Assembly: GCA_016197155.1 (NCBI GenBank)
Contig: JACPWF010000015.1
Location: 8,157 to 72,156, forward strand
DNA from: Candidatus Omnitrophota bacterium
GTDB lineage: Bacteria; Omnitrophota; Gorgyraeia; 2-02-FULL-51-18
Length of the DNA stretch: 64,000 bases
Direction: 5' to 3'
Shown piece after piece: positions 37,334 through 45,250 of this stretch (position 1 is the stretch's first letter; each line of letters opens with the position of its first letter). A model generated the notes under the pieces. It worked only from the letters and a program-made list of their open reading frames with translations. It did not search any database and was not told where the DNA came from. The translations under genes were made by a program, and so were the position numbers.

Positions 37334-38754
37334 ACAAGGTCACCGCGCGCGATAAAGAGATATTCGAAAATTTCCTGCGCCAGATGCCTCTTCAAAAACT
37401 GCGGCGGGATTACGGCGCCCTCCTGGGCGAGGCCGCCTGGTGGGTCTTCAACGGGTCAAGCGGGCGCGCGGATTCGTTCACGCGGAAATTTTTAAAAATC
37501 CTTCGAAAGAAAATGGGGGAGACCCGGCCCTTTTCTTTCGAGGAGCCGAAGGGCCGGCGCCATTTTTGCATCCCGCTTGTGGCAGAGTCGCGCGCGATCG
37601 GCGTTTTGGGTCTGAGCGGTTTTTCCAAAGGCGCGCGCCAGGAGCTTTTGAATATTTTGGCGCACCACGTCGACCTCCTGGTTCAAAATTCGGCGAAGGC
37701 CGAGGAGCTGGGCCGCCTCTCGGCCACGATCCGCCCGCGCGCGGTGGCCCTGTCGACGGTGCACACCGTGCACCGGATCATCAATTCGACCCTGAACCTG
37801 AATGAACTCATGTCGCGTTTGGCGCACCTGACCGCGCAGGTCCTGCGCGTCCAGCGCTCGGCGATTCACCTGGTGGAGCAAAAGACGCTGGTTTGCAAGG
37901 GGCGTGTCGGCTATCCCAAAAATAAGCCCGCCTCCGCCCGGATCGCCTGGGGAAAAAAGACAGAAGGTTCGGTGGCGAAGACCGCCAACGTGATTTTTAG
38001 AAAAAGGCTTTTGTGCGTACCGCTCATCGACGAGGACGTGATCGGGGTGATGACGGTCTCCCGCAAAAAGGACCGGAAGGATTTCAATTATTTTGATTTG
38101 GAAATTCTGACGACCCTTGCCGAAGAGGCCGTGATCGCCGTGAAAAACGCCCAGCTTTATGAGGAGCAGAAAAAAGTGACCCTCGGCACGATCCGGTCGC
38201 TGGCGGTGATCCTGGGCTCGCGCGTGACCCACTCCCTTCCCACCGAGGCGTTTTTGAGACTCGTCCTCGGCGTGGCGGGGCATTTGAGGCTCGGCGAAGA
38301 AGAGACCCAGGCGCTTCATTACGCGGCCCTTCTCAAGGATACGGCGAAAGTCGGGATCCCCGAATCCATTTTGAAAAAACCGGCCAAGCTCACCGGCGAG
38401 GAATACCTGAGCCTGAGAGAGCACCCGATCAAGGGCGCCAAGATCGTCCAGTCGTTCGAAAGCCTGAAGCCGGTGGCGCCGATCATCCTTTATTCGCGCG
38501 AAAAATACGACGGCACCGGCTACCCCGAGGGCTTGAAAGGGGAGAAGATCCCGATCGGGGCGCGGATCCTGGCCGTCGTGAACGCGTTTGAGGCGATCGT
38601 GATGGGCAGGCCCTACCGCAACCAGTCGTCGATAGACGAGGCGCTCGAAGAAATCTCGCGCAACGGCGGGACTCAGTTTGATCCCAAGGTCGTGGAGGCG
38701 TTCGTGAAGGTGGTTCAGAAAGAAAATGTCCGCCGGCTCTTGAAAAAGAAATGA
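37330..38754 (+). CDS. GAF + degenerate HD-GYP domain protein
   Basis: GAF segment (VPLI...VIGV), then DGTGYPEGLKGEKIP and RPYR; HD is replaced by KD and HHE by SRE. Confidence 0.85.
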   Translation: MNKVTARDKEIFENFLRQMPLQKLRRDYGALLGEAAWWVFNGSSGRADSFTRKFLKILRKKMGETRPFSFEEPKGRRHFCIPLVAESRAIGVLGLSGFSKGARQELLNILAHHVDLLVQNSAKAEELGRLSATIRPRAVALSTVHTVHRIINSTLNLNELMSRLAHLTAQVLRVQRSAIHLVEQKTLVCKGRVGYPKNKPASARIAWGKKTEGSVAKTANVIFRKRLLCVPLIDEDVIGVMTVSRKKDRKDFNYFDLEILTTLAEEAVIAVKNAQLYEEQKKVTLGTIRSLAVILGSRVTHSLPTEAFLRLVLGVAGHLRLGEEETQALHYAALLKDTAKVGIPESILKKPAKLTGEEYLSLREHPIKGAKIVQSFESLKPVAPIILYSREKYDGTGYPEGLKGEKIPIGARILAVVNAFEAIVMGRPYRNQSSIDEALEEISRNGGTQFDPKVVEAFVKVVQKENVRRLLKKK

Positions 38755-39320
38755 AGACAAGGTTTTGGGCGGGCGTTTTTGCGGCAACTTTTCTCGCGGC
38801 TGTTTTTTTGAATGGCCGTCTGACTGATTTTTTCTTTTCCAGGTGGCTCAGCGGTCAATCGCATCTCGATGTCCGGGTGTCGGGCGTCATTTTGAAAAAT
38901 TGGCCGGTTTTAAGTTTTGGCTCTTTGCAGATTCGGGGCAGGGACGGCAGGGTCTGGGCGAGCGCCCGGTCGGGATTCATTCGATCGGGAAAAGGCGGGC
39001 ACACCGTCCGGCTGGGGGATGCCCTCCTTTATGAGAAAGCGTTCGGGAGCCCCTTTTTAAAATTTCTTTCGCCGGGTTCGGCAAGCCTGCGCGTCAAGGG
39101 CGGGTTTCTTTTGCGCGCGGGGCGCGTGGTGAAGGCGCACGCGCTGGTTTCTTTGCCGGAGGATTTCTTAAAACGCCTCCCGGGCCGTTTTTCTTCAAAG
39201 GTCATTCCGGTTCGGGGGATGCCTCGATCCGTCCGGGTCGTGTACGGGGGACAGGTTTTGGAGATCGCCGGAGCGCGCACGCCTTTTTTTAGGGCCCAGT
39301 GGAGCGGCGTTGGAAACTAA
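38751..39320 (+). CDS. Hypothetical protein with an N-terminal membrane anchor
   Basis: 189 aa ORF that overlaps both neighbours and has a hydrophobic N-terminus. Confidence 0.6.
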   Translation: MKTRFWAGVFAATFLAAVFLNGRLTDFFFSRWLSGQSHLDVRVSGVILKNWPVLSFGSLQIRGRDGRVWASARSGFIRSGKGGHTVRLGDALLYEKAFGSPFLKFLSPGSASLRVKGGFLLRAGRVVKAHALVSLPEDFLKRLPGRFSSKVIPVRGMPRSVRVVYGGQVLEIAGARTPFFRAQWSGVGN

Positions 39321-39885
39321 ACCCCAGGAAAATCAGCAGGAACTTTTTCTGGAATTCTCACCGGAGGCCAAGCCGCCGGACCGGTTCCCCTCTTTACGGA
39401 AAACGCAAAAACCGATCCTGATCAGCACGCATCTCGAGCAGTTGATCCTCGCGGGGATTTTGACGATCCTCGCCCTCTGCCTGATTTTTTTTCTCGGGGT
39501 GTTGAGGGGCAAGTCCCTGCGGCCGGCGGCATCCTTGCGATTGCCGGCGTCTCTGCCCGCCACGCCTCGGACGGCGGCCCCGGCCGTTTCTGTTTCGCCT
39601 CACGCCCTGCCGACGCAAAATGTAGCCGCCAGTCCGGCGCCGCCCGTCATGATCGTCCCGGATCCGAACAAGCCCTACACGATTCAGCTGGTGACTTATA
39701 AAAAGAAAGAGATCGCGGAAAATGAGACGGCGCTTTTACGCCGTCAGGGATTTTTTTCGGCCATCATCCCGAGTGGCGAATATTATCAGGTGTGCGTCGG
39801 ACAGTACGCCGATAAGGCGGAGGCTGCGAGGGATTTGAAGACCTTTTCCGCCCGCTATCGGGATTGTTATTTGAGAAGGCGTTAG
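39310..39885 (+). CDS. SPOR-domain membrane protein
   Basis: TM helix, Pro/Ala linker, then YTIQLVTY...YQVCVGQY (SPOR-like). Confidence 0.82.
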   Translation: METKPQENQQELFLEFSPEAKPPDRFPSLRKTQKPILISTHLEQLILAGILTILALCLIFFLGVLRGKSLRPAASLRLPASLPATPRTAAPAVSVSPHALPTQNVAASPAPPVMIVPDPNKPYTIQLVTYKKKEIAENETALLRRQGFFSAIIPSGEYYQVCVGQYADKAEAARDLKTFSARYRDCYLRRR

Positions 39886-39888
39886 CGC

Positions 39889-39918
39889 TTGGATTTGGGG
39901 CCGGAAATGTGGTATATT
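39889..39918 (+). promoter_or_regulatory. Putative sigma70 promoter
   Basis: TTGGAT-18 bp-TATATT with an extended TG; AGGGG RBS precedes ATG 39946. Confidence 0.45.
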
Positions 39919-39945
39919 GTGGCTTCAAATTGAAAGGGGTTTTGC

Positions 39946-40236
39946 ATGTCCATTCATTCCAGTTTACGCAGTGGCGGTAAAGGCAGAAAGCACCGCTCCG
40001 TTCTGAAACGCTATGAACGCCTTAAGTCATTGAAAGAAAAAGGGTTATGGGATGAGACAAAATCGGTTTTGGGCATCCCGAAAGTCAAGATGCAGAGGAT
40101 CAAGGTGAAGAAAGAAAAAACAGCGGCCACCCCCGCCGAAGGCGGAGCCGCGGGCGCCCCGCCCGCACCCGCCGCGCCGGGCACCTCCGCAGGCAAGGCC
40201 GCCTCCGCCGAAACCTCTAAAAATCAGAAAAAATGA
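39946..40236 (+). CDS. PVC-superphylum small basic protein (TIGR04137-like) with an Ala/Pro-rich tail
   Basis: MSIHSSL...HRSVLKRYERL..L...G.W....SVLGIPKVK signature. Confidence 0.85.
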   Translation: MSIHSSLRSGGKGRKHRSVLKRYERLKSLKEKGLWDETKSVLGIPKVKMQRIKVKKEKTAATPAEGGAAGAPPAPAAPGTSAGKAASAETSKNQKK

Positions 40237-40577
40237 GCCCGGTTTCGATCGAAGAGTTTAAAAAGATCGATCTCCGGATTGCCAAGATTCTCGAGGCGGA
40301 AGACATTCCCGGGGCGGACCGGATTTGGAAATTGAAGGTCGACGTGGGCGCGGAAAAAAAGACGATCGTGGCCGGCATCAAGGCTTTTTATTCAAAGGAG
40401 TCGCTTGTGGGAAAAAATGTCGTCCTCGTGAACAATCTCGCGCCGTCGGTGATTCGCGGCGTGGAATCCCAGGGAATGCTTCTGGCCGCAAAGGACGCGG
40501 CCGCTCCGGGCCAGGCGCCGGCCCTCACTCTTTTGACGGTCGACAAAGAGCTTCCGCCGGGAAGCGTGGTCGGCTAA
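40233..40577 (+). CDS. tRNA-binding OB-fold protein (MetG C-terminal/Trbp111/CsaA-like)
   Basis: FKKIDLRIAKI, IVAGI and NLAP..IRGVESQGMLLAA motifs. Confidence 0.9.
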   Translation: MSPVSIEEFKKIDLRIAKILEAEDIPGADRIWKLKVDVGAEKKTIVAGIKAFYSKESLVGKNVVLVNNLAPSVIRGVESQGMLLAAKDAAAPGQAPALTLLTVDKELPPGSVVG

Positions 40578-40583
40578 AAGCCG

Positions 40584-41696
40584 GTGCGCGCCCTTCAGGT
40601 CCGTTTAAAGGATCGATCCTATCCCATTTTTGTCGGCCGGGACATTCTCTCGCGCGCGGCCGATGTCCTGAATAAAGTCAAAATTTCCCAAAAACACGCG
40701 ATCGTGGTTTCTCAAAAAGAGATCGCGGCCCATTGCCAGTGGCGGCTCACCGATGCGCTCGCGAAAGGCGGCGTCGAGGCCGCTTTTTTTCTGACACCCG
40801 CGGCTAAAAGTTCCGAGGCGGCCAAATCGCAGGGCACGTATTTCAAATTGATCAAACAACTCGCCCTACTGGACGGAAAAGGCAGGTCCGTTTTTCTCAT
40901 CGCGCTCGGCGGGGGAGTGATCGGAGACCTGACCGGTTTTGCGGCGGCGGTTTATCGCCGGGGCATTCCCTACATTCAAATCCCCACGACCCTCACGGCG
41001 CAGGTGGACTCCGCGATCGGCGGGAAAACCGGCATTGACTTGCCGGAGGGCAAAAATCTTCTCGGGGCGATCTACCAGCCGCGCGCGGTCCTGAGCGACA
41101 CGGCTCTTCTGGACACCCTGCCGGACAGGCATTGGAGCGACGGGTTCGCGGAGGTGATCAAGTACGGCGTCATCCGGGACGCGCGGCTATTTTCCATTCT
41201 CGAAAAAAACGGGAAAGAGGGCATCAGAAAAAATCACCGTCTTCTGGAAAAGGTGATCCTGCGCTGTGCGCGGATCAAGGCGCGGATCGTCTCCGAGGAT
41301 GAATGGGACAAAAAGGACATCCGGATCGTTCTCAATTTCGGTCACACGGCGGGGCATGCGATCGAAGCGGCCTCGCGGTTTTCACGGGAGGTGACGCACG
41401 GCCAGGCCGTGGCCGTCGGGATGCTCATCGCCTCGGACATCGCCGACTCGCTCGGCGTTTTGAAAGACAAAACGCTCACCGGGCGCCTTGAAAAGACACT
41501 GCTCAAGTTTGACCTGCCGCTCTTCTACAAAGGTCTCTCGACCGAGGCCCTGTTTCGGGCGATGGGGTATGACAAGAAAAAGACGGACAGCGGCAAGAAC
41601 CGCTTTGTCCTGCCGGTCACGATTGGGAAAACCGCCGTCGTGTCGGACGTCCCGACGGACGTCTTGACAAAGGCTTTGGAAAAAAGAAGGAATTAA
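40584..41696 (+). CDS. aroB: 3-dehydroquinate synthase
   Basis: GGGVIGDL, PTTL.AQVDSAIGGKT, KNLLG, LNFGHT.GHA and DKK motifs. Confidence 0.96.
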   Translation: MRALQVRLKDRSYPIFVGRDILSRAADVLNKVKISQKHAIVVSQKEIAAHCQWRLTDALAKGGVEAAFFLTPAAKSSEAAKSQGTYFKLIKQLALLDGKGRSVFLIALGGGVIGDLTGFAAAVYRRGIPYIQIPTTLTAQVDSAIGGKTGIDLPEGKNLLGAIYQPRAVLSDTALLDTLPDRHWSDGFAEVIKYGVIRDARLFSILEKNGKEGIRKNHRLLEKVILRCARIKARIVSEDEWDKKDIRIVLNFGHTAGHAIEAASRFSREVTHGQAVAVGMLIASDIADSLGVLKDKTLTGRLEKTLLKFDLPLFYKGLSTEALFRAMGYDKKKTDSGKNRFVLPVTIGKTAVVSDVPTDVLTKALEKRRN

Positions 41697-42256
41697 TCGG
41701 CGGACTGAAGGACGATCGGTTCGCCCTGGTAGTCGAGACTGACCTCGCGTTCGGAAATGCTCACCACCCTCGCCCCCTGAATCCTGTCTCCCACTTTTGC
41801 GACGCGTTTGTTGATGATGCAGAAGGATTCCTGGCGAGAAAAAACGATCCCGCTGAGGGCCAAATACGGCTTCTGGATCTGCATGGGAGAACTCGGCTGG
41901 GCAAGCGGCGATTCCTCGACGCTGAACTGCGCCTGGTGCGTCACGACTGCCGGCAAAACGGCCGGCGGGGCGGTCACGGGAATATTTTGCTGAAGAGAAA
42001 TCTGGCGCGGGTTGGGCGAGCCACCCGCCGCGTGGCTGGGGACCTGATTGCGGTAGGGCCTCGAGAAAAGCGGGGCGATGATGGGGGCGGTGATGAGAAC
42101 CAAAACCAAAATCACAAAGACCGGGCCCCAGTTAAAATTTGAGGTCCTTTTGGAATAGGCCATTCCGATAGACCCCAAGGCCGCGCCGGGTTTGGCGACC
42201 GAGAAACTTTCACGGTGTTGAGAGGCCTTTTTCAAGGCCTCGTTGATGATGCTCAT
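41693..42256 (-). CDS. ExeB/GspB-like membrane-anchored protein
   Basis: MSIINEALKKA, a TM helix, and C-terminal LSGIVF....IIN....VGD.I.GA.V..I; coupled to the ExeA-like gene. Confidence 0.75.
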   Translation of the reverse strand: MSIINEALKKASQHRESFSVAKPGAALGSIGMAYSKRTSNFNWGPVFVILVLVLITAPIIAPLFSRPYRNQVPSHAAGGSPNPRQISLQQNIPVTAPPAVLPAVVTHQAQFSVEESPLAQPSSPMQIQKPYLALSGIVFSRQESFCIINKRVAKVGDRIQGARVVSISEREVSLDYQGEPIVLQSAD

Positions 42257-43071
42257 AACGAAACGCCTCCTTCGATTTCCACGATCGATTTTTTCACAAT
42301 CTCGGCATTGATGGAACGGGTCTCCAGGACAAAGGCCATTAAAAGAGATTTGTCGCAGACATTGTTGATGAGCCGCGGGATGCCCGCGGAATATTTAAAA
42401 ATTTCCTCGTAGGCATCGGCGTCAAAAAAAGGCCCCGCGCCGTTGGAGCCGGCCTGATTCAGGCGGTGCGTGATGTAGAGCGGGACCTCTTCCTTGTCGA
42501 GCGCTTTGATGTGGTAGCGGATCGCGATCCGCTGGCGGAGCTGGCGCAGATGGGGGAGCTCGAGCTTCTGGCGCAGTTCGGGCTGGCCGACCAGAATGAT
42601 CTGAAGCAATTTTTCATTTCCCGACTCGAGATTGGACAGCATGCGGATCTGTTCGAGGATTTTGGCGCTCAGATTCTGCGCCTCGTCGATGATGAGGACC
42701 ACGTTGTTTCCCAGGCCCAACTGCTGGATCAAAAACCGGTTCAACTCCGAAAAAAGCGAGCCTTTGTTTTTTTGGCGGGCCTCGATCCCCAGATCCTCGA
42801 CGATGGTCTGCATGAGCTGGAGGCCGGAGAGATTGGAATTAAAGATAAACGCGGTCTTTGTCTTTTCATCGAGCTGATTGAGGAGCGCCCGGCAGAGCGT
42901 GGTCTTGCCCGCGCCGATTTCACCCGTGATTTCAATGAAACCGACGCGTTCTTTGATGCCGTAGAGAAGGGAGGAAAGCGCCTCTTTGTGCCTCCGGCTC
43001 AAAAACAGGAAGGAAGGGTTGCTCGTCAGCGAAAATGGTTTTTGCTTTAACGCAAAGAATTGCTCGTACAT
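42253..43071 (-). CDS. ExeA/GspA-like AAA ATPase (short form, no peptidoglycan-binding domain)
   Basis: MYEQFF.L...PF, GEIGAGKTT, IIDEAQ, GQPEL and GIPRLIN motifs. Confidence 0.9.
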   Translation of the reverse strand: MYEQFFALKQKPFSLTSNPSFLFLSRRHKEALSSLLYGIKERVGFIEITGEIGAGKTTLCRALLNQLDEKTKTAFIFNSNLSGLQLMQTIVEDLGIEARQKNKGSLFSELNRFLIQQLGLGNNVVLIIDEAQNLSAKILEQIRMLSNLESGNEKLLQIILVGQPELRQKLELPHLRQLRQRIAIRYHIKALDKEEVPLYITHRLNQAGSNGAGPFFDADAYEEIFKYSAGIPRLINNVCDKSLLMAFVLETRSINAEIVKKSIVEIEGGVSL

Positions 43072-43082
43072 GGGTTAGAGGC

Positions 43083-43111
43083 ATTCTAGCAACCGGAAAA
43101 CCGGTTGTAAA
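43083..43111 (-). promoter_or_regulatory. Putative sigma70 promoter for exeA-like gene, with an inverted repeat
   Basis: Minus strand TTTACA-17 bp-TAGAAT; CAACCGG-AAAA-CCGGTTG at 43090-43107. Confidence 0.55.
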
Positions 43112-43123
43112 GGAAAAACGGGG

Positions 43124-43152
43124 TTGACACCCGATTCCTTTTCGCATATGAT
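43124..43152 (+). promoter_or_regulatory. Near-consensus sigma70 promoter
   Basis: TTGACA-17 bp-TATGAT, upstream of an AAGGAG RBS and ATG 43194. Confidence 0.7.
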
Positions 43153-43193
43153 GATGAGGAAAGTTGAGAAAAAGCGCTTAGAAAGGAGTGACG

Positions 43194-43520
43194 ATGTCCA
43201 AAAATTTTTTAAGGAGTTTGAGGGCCGTGTGCGCGGGGCTTTTTCTCATGTCTTTTTGCGCGACCGCGTTCGCCCAGGATCCCTTCAGGAAGCTCGGCAG
43301 GGGCGTGGCCAATGCCCTGACCGGCTGGGTCGAGTTGCCTAAAAATATTTATTCGACGAGCAAGGAATCGAACGCCTTTGCCGGCATGACGCTGGGCCTG
43401 GCCAAGGGGGCCGGCATGTCGATCGTCCGGACGGGGGCGGGCATCTATGAGATCGTCACGTTTCCCTTCCCACTGCCTGAAAATTACAAGCCTGTCTTAG
43501 AGCCCGAGTACGTTTTTTAG
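43194..43520 (+). CDS. Putative exosortase-associated secreted protein (TIGR04073-like)
   Basis: Signal peptide (AFA), then KLGRGVAN..TGWVELP and GIYEIVTFPFP...PEYVF. Confidence 0.8.
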   Translation: MSKNFLRSLRAVCAGLFLMSFCATAFAQDPFRKLGRGVANALTGWVELPKNIYSTSKESNAFAGMTLGLAKGAGMSIVRTGAGIYEIVTFPFPLPENYKPVLEPEYVF

Positions 43521-43537
43521 GCGGCTCTCCTTCCCCG

Positions 43538-43891
43538 ATGACTGAACGACGCAGATATTTACGGTTTAACACTCCGCTCGAATTGGAATACCGCACGCTG
43601 ACGCTGAATCCCATTTTTGGAAAGGCGCTGGCCAAGGATTTGAGCAAAGAGGGCCTGCGGTTTGAGTTAAAACAGTCCCTGCCGCCCGGCACGGCGGTGG
43701 AAATTTCCTTGAATGTTCCCGGCGACAACCTCCCCGTTTTCGCCACGGGCAAAATCGCCTGGGCGGACGGTCTGGACGCCGGCGTGCGGCTCACGAAGAT
43801 CAGTCACGAAGACCGCGCGCGGCTTTTGGAACACGCGTACCGGGAGTGGTTGAAAAGTTTTAAACGCATCCGCGAGGGGACCCTTTCTTGA
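43538..43891 (+). CDS. PilZ domain protein
   Basis: RRYLR (RxxxR) and DLSKEG (DxSxxG). Confidence 0.85.
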   Translation: MTERRRYLRFNTPLELEYRTLTLNPIFGKALAKDLSKEGLRFELKQSLPPGTAVEISLNVPGDNLPVFATGKIAWADGLDAGVRLTKISHEDRARLLEHAYREWLKSFKRIREGTLS

Positions 43892-44238
43892 TCGAGAAAC
43901 GCAAGTTCATCCGGCTGAATGCCCCGATCGGCGTGACCTACAAAGTGATCACGGGGAATAAGGCGGAGGCGATTCATCTTTCGCTGGTCAAGAATATCAG
44001 CGGAGGGGGCGTGCGGATCGCGGCGAAGGACCTTTTGAAAAACGGGGACCTGCTGGATTTGAAAATTCAGATCCCGCATTTGCGCGACCCGATCCACGCC
44101 ATCGGAGAAGTCGTGTGGTTTTCCGAAAGGCGGGAAGGGGAGCGTGATTTGAAAGAGGCGGGCGTGCGTTTTCGGGACATCGAGGCGTGCGACCTGCATT
44201 GCATTCTGGAATACGTGCACACGATCGGCATCGGCTAA
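43888..44238 (+). CDS. PilZ domain protein
   Basis: RKFIR, NISGGG, GEVVW and GVRF motifs. Confidence 0.87.
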   Translation: MIEKRKFIRLNAPIGVTYKVITGNKAEAIHLSLVKNISGGGVRIAAKDLLKNGDLLDLKIQIPHLRDPIHAIGEVVWFSERREGERDLKEAGVRFRDIEACDLHCILEYVHTIGIG

Positions 44239-44260
44239 ATAAAGAAGGCGAGAGGAAAAA

Positions 44261-44524
44261 ATGGCGGAAGAAACGGCAGTCAAGGAAAAGAAACCCAAAA
44301 AGAAAAAATCGTGGCCGACCAACTGCGTCCAATCGAACAAGCGCATCCGGCGGAAAGACTGGTATTGCCGGAACGGCAAATATTTTGCCAATAAAAAAGC
44401 ATTTAAGCTTTACCAGGAGGCTCAAGCCGTCGAGAAGGCCAAGAAGGCGGCTGAGGCGGCCACGGCCGCCGAAGCGGCCAAGGCCCAGGCTCCACCGGCG
44501 CCGGAAGAAAAACCCGCCTCATGA
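44261..44524 (+). CDS. Small basic hypothetical protein, degenerate TRASH/YHS-like
   Basis: GAGG RBS; Lys-rich, with NCVQS...RNGKYFANKKAF and an Ala-rich tail. Confidence 0.7.
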   Translation: MAEETAVKEKKPKKKKSWPTNCVQSNKRIRRKDWYCRNGKYFANKKAFKLYQEAQAVEKAKKAAEAATAAEAAKAQAPPAPEEKPAS

Positions 44525-44871
44525 GCGAGGCCGATTGCCTTTTTTGTAAAATCGCGGATCGGGAAATTCCCAGCACCGTGGTTTACGAAAGCGAATCGGT
44601 TTTAGGTTTCAACGACATCCGTCCTCAAGCTCCGGTCCATATTTTATTCATGCCCAAGCGCCACATCTCCGGCATCCACGAAGTCACCGCTCGAAACGTC
44701 GGAGAGGCAGGCGCCCTCCTGTTGGCCGCCAATGAGGTGGCCCGCGAGAAGGGCTTGTCGGAAGCCGGTTACCGGCTCGTGGTCAATTGCAAAGCCGACG
44801 GCGGCCAAACCGTCGACCATCTTCACCTGCATCTTTTGGGCGGGCGAAGAATGACCTGGCCTCCCGGGTAA
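44521..44871 (+). CDS. Histidine triad nucleotide-binding protein (HinT-like)
   Basis: CLFCKI, DIRPQAPVH and GQTVDHLHLHLLGGR.M.WPPG motifs. Confidence 0.93.
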   Translation: MSEADCLFCKIADREIPSTVVYESESVLGFNDIRPQAPVHILFMPKRHISGIHEVTARNVGEAGALLLAANEVAREKGLSEAGYRLVVNCKADGGQTVDHLHLHLLGGRRMTWPPG

Positions 44872-44879
44872 AATTTTCG

Positions 44880-45239
44880 ATGCGGATACCCAAGCCCATC
44901 CTCGACCGCCGGCGCGCCCTGCGCATCCGGGAGAGCCTTCCGTTTCAGATCGGCCACAAGGATTACGAGTGCCAGGCCGTCAGCATCAACATCAGCTCCA
45001 GCGGCATTTATTGTCTGGTGGACCGGAATATTCCGGTGATGACTCAGCTGGACTTGTGCCTTTTTCTACCGTCGGTCGAAAAGAAACGCGCCAAGAAAAT
45101 CGAGTTAAGAGGCGTGGTGGTCCGGAGGGAAAAACAGGCCGCCACCGGTAAATTTTTCATCGCGATTTATTTTTCGCGGGCCAAACCCGTCGATCGGGAG
45201 TTTTTGGAGAAATACATTCTTCAACGCCTGAAAAAATAA
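44880..45239 (+). CDS. PilZ domain protein
   Basis: RRALR, NISSSG, GVVVR and IAIYF motifs. Confidence 0.83.
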   Translation: MRIPKPILDRRRALRIRESLPFQIGHKDYECQAVSINISSSGIYCLVDRNIPVMTQLDLCLFLPSVEKKRAKKIELRGVVVRREKQAATGKFFIAIYFSRAKPVDREFLEKYILQRLKK

Positions 45240-45250
45240 AAGGAGACAGA

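Noticed and set aside
37492-38787. 431-aa minus-strand ORF
   Set aside because: It lies antisense to the HD-GYP gene and has no motifs; a shadow ORF expected from GC-rich codon usage.
33891-39320. Genomic island integrated at tRNA-Gly
   Set aside because: No integrase, no duplicated tRNA 3' end and no obvious compositional shift were seen.
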